DNA from: Pelomyxa schiedti
Taxonomy: Eukaryota; Protista; Evosea
Length of the DNA stretch: 64,000 bases
NCBI GenBank assembly: GCA_020536535.1
Contig: JAHLWZ010000331.1
Location: 1 to 64,000, forward strand
Direction of reading: 5' to 3'
Made by a program: the position numbers and the translations under genes. Below the pieces are notes generated by a model. That model did not search any database, was not told where the DNA came from, and worked only from the letters and a program-made list of their open reading frames with translations. Shown here in pieces: positions 28,182 to 38,622 of this stretch. Numbering within the stretch: the first letter of the stretch is position 1; each line of letters begins with the position of its first letter.

Positions 28182-28295
28182 TACTTTTTTTTCCTTCTCT
28201 TGCACAAGGAGTGGATAGCATGTCCCACAAAAGTGAGCTTGAACGCAAGGGACAAGGGCTTACAAGAAATGGGTATGTTATTAGGTACAAGGTCG

Positions 28296-29379
28296 TTACT
28301 CCTTGGTGGAGGGTGTTGAAGCAGCATCAGTGGGGGACTTGCTTTTGGTGCTCTCAGTAGTTGCTGTGGTTGTGGTTGTGGTTGTGGTAGTGTCGGCGCT
28401 GGTCTTGTCTTTCCTATGTGCATGTTTATCCTTTTTGTGCTTGTTTTTGTGTTTGTCTTTTTTCTTGTGCTTGTCCTTTTTCTTTTTGGGGCTTTCTTCA
28501 GCTGTTGTTGCCGTAGTTGGTGAAGAACCTGTGGGAGTTGTAGAAGCGGAGGTATCTTCACTGTGCTTGTGATGGTGTTTGTGGTGGTGGTGGTGTCGGT
28601 GTTTCTTGCGTGTAGGACCACCCTCTGGTTCATTTTCATCATGCTTTCTCTTTCTGGGTTCTGATTCTTCTTCTCCTTTTTCACCATGTTAAAAGATTTC
28701 AAAAACAAAGCGAGCATACGCTCAGAAGCCTCAGACTCTTCACTGTCGTCACTATCACTATCACTTGATTCTTCAAGCAAAGTGTTCTCACTGCCACCCT
28801 TCAGAGCATTGTAGCATTGAAAAGTAAGATGCCCAACTTTATGGATCCAATCCAACAATGTCTCACATCACACACGCACAGAACCACACCAAAAAAAAGA
28901 GCAAAATACAAAAGCGATTAAGAGGAAGAACATAGAAGAAAGAAGAGGGTCAGTGAAGGGAAAATATTGCAGTAACAGCCTTACCTCCACCACATCTCTT
29001 GCATGACCCCTTCACAGCGGTCTGGTTGCCGCCGGTCAACCGGGCAAGTGCCATAAGGCCCTACTTCGTTTGTTAGAGGGAAACCCATAAAATATAGTTG
29101 AATGTAATAACACTGCATCTACCTTGTAGCTCTCAAATGCATTTGGGTTCGGGCCAGTCCCCTCATCGTCCTTTTTGGTCGGAGCGTACGGATCATATCC
29201 AATAGTTTCCGACTGTGCAGTGGAAGAAAAAAAATCAGAAAAAAACCAACCACAAAGAAAAGAAGCACCAACATGCATGCATAAACCATAAATCTTCATA
29301 CCCAGACGTCACTCATTTGAAGTGCGGAACTACTGTGCATGCGGTTGTTGGCCGGCATCTTGGGCATCTTGAAAGACAT
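28296..29379 (-). CDS. CAX-interacting protein 4 (CXIP4)-like CCHC zinc-knuckle protein
   Basis: Spliced: MPANNRMHSSSALQ..W|SETIGYDPYAP..YK|GLMALARLTG..KGSCKRCGG|VGHLTFQC, matching my recollection of plant CXIP4; His/Lys-rich tail; stop at 28296-28298. Confidence 0.88.
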
Positions 29380-29567
29380 TTTCTTTTGGTTTTGGTTTCG
29401 CGAACAAGTTTTCCGGAAAGTTCTGTGTAGCTGAGGACTTTCGGGCAACCATTCTCCAGTGGCGAGAGTACGTGGTACCCACGTTATTCACAAGTGGGTA
29501 CCAAGACTCCTCAACTGGCTGGCTGGGGAGATTGATGAACCAAGTCGAAGGAAAACCCTTTCGACAA

Positions 29568-32500
29568 ATGGGGCACTACATTGCCTGTATGTACCTTCCT
29601 TCTTCTGGCTCTCCCCTCCCACAATTGCAACCCCCCAACGTCCTTTTATTCATCGCGCCGCAGACTGGGAACCCTGCACTGGCGGAGATCTGTGGCGCCT
29701 GCTGTGGCCCCACATCGCGCCTCGTCTGCCCCTCAGGGACGTGACGTTTCGCTCCACGAGGCCCGGCGCCGGCCCCGCCGCAAAGTCGTCGACGGGCCCG
29801 ACGCGCAATGTCAACGTGCAGTTCGTGAAGAACGACGACCCCAAGTTGTGCCCTGTGGCTGGTAGGCTCCAGGACTGCCACAGGGAACCTTTTTTGTGCC
29901 TATTGGTCGTCCCGAGCGACGTATGTTGTTGAGCAGTCACTGATTAGGATTGTGGGAGTTTCTGACTTTACCTTGGTATGCAGGATTCAAAGAAAGTGAG
30001 GACTACTATCAAAGATTGGGTGTCCCAGATGAATGATTCTAAGAGGCAGTTCATAGTTATGGTTGTGTCACAGAGTGCTCCTGTGGCGTCAAGATCAGCC
30101 CGAATTTCTCGAGTCTTTGACAAATTGCGTTCAGACATGCCGAAGCGTGAAAAGTATGTTCCCAAAGCCACACGAATTTCCTTGTTTGATTGCTATATCT
30201 TACGGAAGTACTGCCAAGAGTATGTGAAATTCGACTGGATGACAAAGGAGATGAACAGTGGGAAGATTTTCTCACCAAGGCATAGAACTCTATTGATGAG
30301 TGCATATGGTTCACAATTCTTCCTCATGTTAGGCTAAGGATGCTATTGCCACTTCTTTTGAATATTATGTTTCTCTCAGCACAGCTGAGATCAAGAACCT
30401 TGATGCTGCACGCATTCGTCCTAATTGGAATTATTGCTCATTTTTCTTGTTGAAGGTGGACACTCGTTTAAGCACTCACCCCTAATTCTAGATAGGAAAG
30501 TTTGGCATTCATATATGAGCAAGCCCAACTTTTAGAAACTGCTGATGTTCTATATGCCGAGCTCAGTGCATTGATGCCAGAGACATGTCCTCACTCAGAT
30601 ATGTGGACCAACATCACTGGTAGCAGCACTGCGTCTTTACTTGCCAGTGAGGATAAAGAATATAGAGATCTCATTGCCTCCAACAAAATCTCCAAATTTG
30701 AACTATCACAGTATCTCTTTGCGAGGCAAGCCTCTGTGTGTAAATGAAATCCTTTCTTTTTCTCCTCATAAAACCTAGATTAGTTTTAATCTCTATGGTT
30801 CGGCTACTGTTGCGAGCAAAGCTCAAGATTTCATTAAAAAAACTTCCCAAATTCTACTAGGCCAAAAAGTACCCTTCTATTTGCAGTTTCCTTCACCTGA
30901 CTTTGTATTGAAAAAACACAGGAATCCCTCCCTTCATTATTTGTAGAATCTTGGATTTTCACGGCATGTCTCTTTGTGGCAGATGAGTGTCTTAGACACA
31001 GCCCAACCAACCCTGCCCCTTCCGGTTCTGTTTCTGCTGCACTTGGTATCACTCCAGCACTTCCTATTCTTCCTCCTTCTTCCTCAATTACCACTACACC
31101 AACAACATCTACCTATACTACATCCTCTTCATTATCTACCTCCACAACCTGCACTTCAACCTCTGCTCCCATTTCAACTGCTAACACTACAACGGAGGAC
31201 AAATTGTATCAAAGTCAACTTTCCGCGAAACGGGACAGTCCGTTTCACGACTACCACTTTACTCTCGGGAACTTGTATTTTAATGCCAGAACCCAAGTTG
31301 CAATATTCTATTTCGGATTTTACTAATTTTCCCATGTCAGCTGGGAAGAATGGCGCATGTATGCGGACTTTATAGTACCTATGGGATCGAAGAATTGTTT
31401 TGTGAAGCAAGTGATACACAAACTGGTACGCTCTTCTTATCTACAGTTTCTCCTAAGTCTGGATAGAGATTCAAACAAGTAATGCACAAAGTGTATGCCA
31501 AAGGGGAGATGACATGAAACACACAGAAATGCATGGCGAATGCTCCGCATGTTGTCTTTCCTTGCAATCCAAAGACGCGAGCACTTCCAAAAGTGAAGCT
31601 ACTGCAAGTTCCCAATCGAGTGGTGAACATGTTAGCAAGACGGAGGATACTGAAACAGTTCCGTCTCCAACTGTAACCACTGTAACAAATCCTTCAACAT
31701 CAATTGACACACCAGAGTCCGCATCTGAACTAAACAAGGAAACTCCTGGTTCCAGTACCATCAGCAATGAGCTTGTTGTTAAGCCGGCACCCTCCTCTCC
31801 AACCAACGAAGCCCCTTTACAGCCGCTTCCCAAAACAGATGGAAATCAAACCACTCCAATGGACTTGCGCACGAAAATACCACTGACTTCTTCATATGAG
31901 CATAGATCCCTCAAAAAAAGAAAAACCAAATCTGCCCCACCACAATCTCCAGAGCAACTTATGGCTGGAGTTTCTTACCCTCAACTTACTGAGGTCTTAC
32001 AATCTCAAGACGCATTTGACAAACTTTTTTTGGTATGTATCTCCTAACTGATTTTCTTAACTCGATCCCTGTAGGATCTTACAGTAAAAGCCCTGAAAGA
32101 ATATGAAACAAGTGAGAGAACGCGAAGTGTTGATCGGCTTAATAGGGAAATAGCTCTCTTTTACTTGTAAGGCAATTAAGCAATTGGAACATAAAATTCA
32201 TCTCTTGAAGCAAGAGAAGGCAATGGGCTGATGCAGAACCAAGACTGAAGCAAGTCGTAACCTCATACATGAGTGAAGGGTGGCATGAACTGGCATACCA
32301 CGTACTTTCAATGCTTGCTCATTGTCAACATTTACTCCACCATCATCACGAGTAATACACCTTTTTTCCAAAACACACTGATTCTCATCCTCACCCAATA
32401 CAGATTTGTGGATACGTGCCTCTGGCTCTTATCTCCCATGATGCCCGTGGATGAACAAAAGAGGCTTCTGTATACAACACAGCTATTTCACATTGCCTCT

Positions 32501-35144
32501 CAATGTTTAGATACACCTGTAGACCGCGAAATGCAGCCACTATTGATTGGTTCCATTGCACTAAACCAGAAGAAATTGGCATTGGGATCAACTGTAGTGG
32601 TACAATGCACAGTTTTTAGTAATCTTCCCAGGGTATAGCACTACAGTAAAATTATCTTACTTATGTTAACCAGCCCGTGAAAGTTGATCAAATAGCGGCT
32701 TCGTTTAGAAAAGAGGGAGAAGGTGATGAACCTATTACAGTCTCCTTGCCGTACACTCCCAAATATTCACTAGAAGACTCCCCCAGTATGAAAATTTTAA
32801 GAGGGGTTGTATTTGATGACTTCAAATAGAGGAGGAATCCAGCAAACCTTCCGTCGAAATCAACCCAGGCAACAATACCTATGATCTTTGCACAGATCCA
32901 TTTGTAACTGGTGTCTTTTTATGCCATTCTCTATGGCTCACGGTTGGCAACCTGCGCCTCATTGATGACCATCTCCCCCTTCCTGTGGATTCCCAGTTGG
33001 TCCTTATGCGCAGCGAAACAACACTTACAATTGACATAAAATTACCAAGTTAGTTTGGAGTTCTCCCAACTGCACTAATCACACAAATCAGGGTGGCTTC
33101 CTGTTGGTAGCAGTATTGCACTGGAAAACGTTTTTGTGACTATCATATCCCACCAAGACAAGGTGGTTGATGCCACTCTAACTCTTTCTTCCACAACAGA
33201 CTTTGCGCTTCCTCCTGTAGAATTGCCACCAGCTATAGTAATATCTCCTGATGGTATTTTTAGCTTTACGTTCCCATATAATCATATCCCAGGATCTCGT
33301 AGGCAGCCAACCCTTACTCAGAGGAAGGACACTATTTCACTGTTTCCAATAAACCCCCATGAGAGAGCGGAAATAATTCTCCCTATGCCATATCAAGAGA
33401 CTTCTTGTGTTCACCAAGTAACACTTCTTTACGACTTACTTCGTTTTAATTTTCTCTCTAGTTGAGTATAAACCTGGAATACATTAAAAACACAAGGGAA
33501 ACATTTCAACTTTCTAAGGAAGTGCAGCTAGCCTTCACACATCCATTCTCCCTCTTGGTTAACCATGTCGTCCAACAAGATAAAAAGTACCTTATGAAAG
33601 TTTATTGTCTATTCACCTCGTATACAGTGCCGTTGTGAGTATAAAGTTGCAATGCACTGCTGGCGTACCTCTGCAAATTGTATCAACTACCTTGACTACC
33701 GCTGATACAAATATACCCGTAGAGAAATGGGGTCTTACTCCCGCACAACTGGATCCAATGGTTCCCCCAGGAATTAAATGTACCTTATTGACATTTAGGT
33801 AATCCTTCCACAACAAGAACTTTGTCTTGCCGTTACTATCCCGCCCGACATGTGGGGTAGGGTCCTTCTTTTTTTGAAGTGATTTTTATACAATTACTAG
33901 ATGTAAATAGATACCAGTTTAGTGTGAATTATACCCTCGTCGAATGCACAGGTTTATCCCTAACAATAACACTCTCATTCACGAATATTAGCAAGCAGTG
34001 ATATGCACAAATTCTCAGCACCACTGAAAATCGAAATTCCCAAAGTATCTTTGTGAACCAATAACTCAGCAATCAAACTTCCAAATTAGATTTTGTACCA
34101 CATCTCATGTTCGTTTCCTACACAAGCAACTGTTGGAGATTACGTACCATTTACTTTTAAAATCTCGAAACTTCCACTTCCCACAAGTGGGGACACCTCC
34201 TGCCAAATGGTAGACAGAACAGCAGTAAGGAAATCTGTTGCCGAGAGACGAACGGCAGTTTCATTTGAAAGTGATCTTGCACAAAATGTTCCATTACTTC
34301 TGCTTGGAGAGGCTCTTCTTGAACTGAGCAAACTTGAAAATACTGAAGGCAACTTATATGAGGCACTAGCTTGCTTTCACGAGTGTGCGTCACGCATTCC
34401 ACCGCCTGTTGTGGAGGAGAAACCTGAGGACAGTTCCCCCCAACCTGATGCCGCACCAGTTGATGAGGTAGGGAAGGAACAACCCACAGCCCCACAAACA
34501 TCTAGTTCTCCGCCGAGTTCTTCCCCTTCCGATTATGCGCGGGCAGTTTGCGGCTTGGCAAACACATATCTTGCACTTGCCCATATAGGGGTGACTCCAC
34601 CAGCGAACTTACAGTTGGCCACCACAACATTGCAGCGAGCCCTTGCACATACTAAAGAAGATTGTATCTCTTCTACACTTGAGAAGGTGACCAACTCCCA
34701 GCAAATACCAAGTTCTACTGCGACTTCCACAGAACCGTCGTCATCAGCATCCCAATCATCAGAGGCGATCGTTGGTGAGCCAATGACAAGGCACAGATAT
34801 GATATTCGGGAAGACCCCAGCATGTGGCTCGTGTGTGGGAACAAACGCTATTCGTTCTTCTTACAGGTTGGTGAGCAAGACCATGCTTTCACAATCTCAT
34901 AACATTTTAGCCTGGAGAAGTTGCAGAATTCACAGTATTCATAATTCCCTTGCAGCCTGGGTATTTACCAGTGCCCACTGTGGCACTTGAACGAGTTCCT
35001 CCCGGCAGCATACGTTGTGAACAGCTTGTCTCACAAGTAACTTTCCACGATTAAATTTTCCTAGCACTTAGTTTTACCTAGATATGGACCTTTCCTGAAA
35101 GAAACATGTTGTATTCTTGTCAACCGGGCAGTGATGCCCTTTAA
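29568..35144 (+). CDS. TRAPPC10: Trafficking protein particle complex subunit 10 (Trs130)
   Basis: RLPLRDVTF, VRTTIKDWV, VFDKLRSD, WNYCSFFLLKESLAFIYEQ..LYAEL, QYLFARQ, and C-terminal WLVCG..IPLQPGYLPVPTV. Confidence 0.88.
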
Positions 35145-35478
35145 GAACCTCAACTTATTTTGGTATGAGGGAAAAAAACTGTTGTGAAAATGAATGGTGT
35201 TTTTGTCCTTTAGGACAACACACACAAAATTTCACTTTCCTGTTTTACGCAAAAAAACAAGGCAGAGGTACATAAAAGAAAACAAATACCCACCACACAA
35301 AAAGCAATTCAGCCAACTTCCGTGTTTTTCCTGATTTGAGAACCATTGTTAATCAACATCACACGAAGACTGTTTCTGTTGGCACCTCTTTGATTTGAAC
35401 AGTTGGGTTGAGCTTGCAGAAAGTTTATTTTATTTGGCCAGTTTGGCCAAGAGGGTTTGCACTCACAAATACCACGGC

Positions 35479-37188
35479 TCAGGACCATGTAAGCTTTGCA
35501 TAGGCCATTGTCCTGTTACCATAGTCATATGTGTAACAAACGTGTGCCGCTCTGAAGTGTAGGTGGTCATTAATGAATTATTAATTGAGGGAGTGTACTT
35601 TGGGTTTGTTCTGCTCTGTACAATGGCTGGGTACTGGTAGCTACCTGCACAATGTTAAACGGAGGAAAGGAAATCGGGGGTCGAAAACCGTTGCAATCGG
35701 TCTCGATGTCTGCCACATATTCCCAGGTCTTACCCCAATCTCCACTGTGGGCCAAAGTCAACGGGCACCTTGTATTTGGGTTGGATTTATTTCTCAAGGG
35801 ACTAAAGAAACCTCGACTCGGTGCTATTGTTCATCATCAGAAGGAATCCAAGGGATGCACCATCACCGTACATCCGGACACCATCGATTCCTAATGATTG
35901 CATGGGTTATTACACAAAGCGAGTCAGGCGGACCTGCTCCTGGGTTCATTAAATCGGTGTCATCCGCTATCTTTTGCCATGAGAGGCCATAGTCAGAACT
36001 ATAACTCTGTGCTAGGTAGTTGCAGCCCGTTCTCAGCAAAGATGTAAGCTTAGAAATGGTTTGATGTTGAAGAAGGTCAATTATGACAGTCACCTGTCCG
36101 GGGGTTTCTAATTCAAACAAGGTTGGTTGAATGGGTCCCTGACACCATGTTTCATGTTCGTGAAATATATCTATATCGTTACTTTTCTCCCAGTGCTCTT
36201 CATTCAGTAAGAAAATAAAAGTAACAAACTCGAACAAACGGTAGTCTTGGTCAGTTGTTTCCATGTGTGATTGCCAGACACCTAGAAGAGGTTAAAAAGA
36301 GAAAAACATTGAGTGTGTCATAAATACCAATCAGATTGTCAATGTGACCAGATTCCGTGGACGAGGGACACAGTACATTCCCGTTGCTGAGTGTGATGCA
36401 CTTATTCTTAATACCAGCAAGGAACCTTTGTGCATTGGAATACAACGAAATTATAGAAGAATTACCCTTTGGGCAAATAAGTTACTGAAGACCAGGTAAC
36501 ACCACCATCAGAGGAACTAACATAAGCTCCCTCCCAAGAGTGTGTGGAACAAGAATCTGTTATGTTCCTTAATCTAACCCCAAATTGTAGTTGCAACTCA
36601 CTTGGGTCTATGTGAGAATCACTTCCAAAGTGGAAGTCAAGATAGAGAACGCCATTGTCATTCATATAGAGTGAAGGATTCCTTGCAAAGAGTTAGCTTG
36701 TAAAATATGTTATGAAGAAATTTTTGTATACACTCACATGTCACACACGCCAGGGGTCTTGGCAGCAACTGCAACAGGAGACCATGTGCCTGTTGCTGGG
36801 TCCCTTCTCGATGTCCATATTGACAAATCTTCGTTGCCCTCCCCCGTCTATAGCATATGATATACCCATATTTAGCATACTGGTAAGAAAATACCCCCCT
36901 CAAATTGGGGCACTCACTCCAGCATGGAAGACAGCCACTATAGTCCCATCGTAAAGCTCCTGAATCGAACACGCGTGGCTGCAATGAAACTCAGCAAACA
37001 CACGAAGGGGAGAGGATAACAAAAAAAAAAAAGATGTCAAGTATGATGAACCATTACCAGTATGGGAAGGTGCCGCCAGGCATGATCTTCTCATACGTCA
37101 CTTTTGGGACAGCGATGCTAGCACCTCCCACGAAAACCAAGCCAAACCCAACCAACACCAGAGTCGCAACGGCACGAAGGATACCCAT
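35479..37188 (-). CDS. Secreted BNR/Asp-box repeat protein (sialidase/BNR_2-like beta-propeller)
   Basis: Signal peptide MGILRAVATLVLVGFGLVFVGGA; CHACSIQELYDG; Asp boxes SSDGGVTWS, SSDYGLSW, SGDWGKTW; IQPTL, RCPLTLA and YPAIVQ-like motifs; many introns. Confidence 0.8.
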
Positions 37189-37356
37189 CAATCAAAGTAA
37201 TTCGGTCTTTCAGGGAACTCGTTCTTATCTTGATACTTGTGGTGCTAGTTACCTGATGGGAATCTTTGCTCTTGGAACATAGTGAACTCTCCAGAGTGGC
37301 ACTTCGCGAAGGATCTCCCGGAGTTTTGTGGATCTCCCGAATTAAAAAAAAAGGTA

Positions 37357-37428
37357 CGAGCGTTATGGGGGTTGAACCCATGACATTCTGATCCGGAGTC
37401 AGATACTCTTCCACTGAGCTAAACGCCC
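37357..37428 (-). tRNA. tRNA-Arg(CCG) copy 3
   Basis: Reverse complement identical to copies 1 and 2; oligo-T terminator on the minus strand. Confidence 0.95.
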
Positions 37429-37573
37429 CTCTGGTAAAAATAACAACTTCGAGTTTCTCTTGGAGTCGTGTGAGAGAGAATCTCTCCTCGGTAGAATTTC
37501 CTTCGCTTTTGTCTCCCTATTCAGTTGTATGATAGGTTTTTTTTTATTTGGAGCACTGTTTCTATCCATCGAG

Positions 37574-38033
37574 TTAGGGTTTGTTTGTGTACTCAAGGCA
37601 ATTGAAGCGTACTCCCTCACGTGGCTTGGCCATCCATGGTGCCACTGTCTCACGCCACTGTGTTTGTGTGGGCATCGAACACCACTATTCAAAAAAAAAA
37701 TCTAAAATACCTTAAGGTAGTGGGGTGTCTGCTGGTGCCTGGTAAAGTCCTCTTTGGTTTTGTAAACCTTGGGATTGCGTCATTGTCATGCCCACAGCAC
37801 CAAAGGGGAAAAAAAACAAAAAAAAACCCCCACAAAGTATGTACCTCAATAAACAAGAACCTAGTTTTGTCCTCCTCGTGCTGAGCGACGTCGAACCTTA
37901 CACACCCAGGCTCATGGTGCGTAGATCTTGCGTTTACCAACGAGGCCTCGAGAAACTCCCCCACGTTCTCGGGCTTGACGAAAATGCTGACGTTGACCAA
38001 GTAATACGGTGCTGTCGCTTCGGTGGCCGACAT
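37574..38033 (-). CDS. ABM-family / LsrG-like protein, 109 aa, 3 exons
   Basis: Exons 38033-37845, 37767-37711 and 37657-37574 give MSATEATAPYYLVNVSIFVKPENVGEFLEASLVNARSTHHEPGCVRFDVAQHEEDKTRFLFIE|VYKTKEDFTRHQQTPHYLK|WRETVAPWMAKPREGVRFNCLEYTNKP. Confidence 0.88.
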
Positions 38034-38622
38034 CAAAATTTGGTTATCCTCTCGCAACACGATCAAATTCGCGAAAATAACTTTCCAATTTGGAGTGGAA
38101 GCATTGCTGGGACACAGAAGCGTGGCCAGACGAAACGGGACTCGCAAGAAAGGAGCGGATTTACTAGCACAATTAGTTGGCCCTTCTTCTTCAGAGGGGA
38201 CACCACCTCGATCTAGCTGAGGGGCCTGAAGTTGGGAGCCATTTCCCACAGGCACTGCAGCAGGTCTACTAGCCCTTTCCTGGCTCTGGGAGGAGTACGT
38301 GGAAGTGCTTCTATCACATCAAGTAATGGTGATCATGCTTTGTGTCTAGCATCTAGGTGCTCCCATTACTCCGTTTTGGAATCAAAAAGGAAACAAAAAA
38401 GCCATTCAAATCTCTCTGGTATCTTCTCAACTGTAGTATTATTAATGAAGTAAGTGCAAGTGTTGAACAAGGTGGGTCTTGCATGCACGAAGTTTCACAA
38501 CAAGAGATATTTTAAAATCAACACATCAACGTTAATTCAACGTTGAAGTCAGAAGACACACCCAGAGTGATGTGCTTGTGGTGGTATACAGGAGAATGCT
38601 GGTGTTTGCGGGAGAGTGATTT

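Noticed and set aside
28124-28360. Repeated ORFs starting MEEYLTPDQNVMGSTPITL (also 37118-37414)
   Set aside because: They are translations of the tRNA-Arg genes, not proteins.
38050-38450. Possible structured ncRNA between the LsrG-like and cyclase genes
   Set aside because: No recognisable SRP, RNase P/MRP or snRNA motifs by eye.
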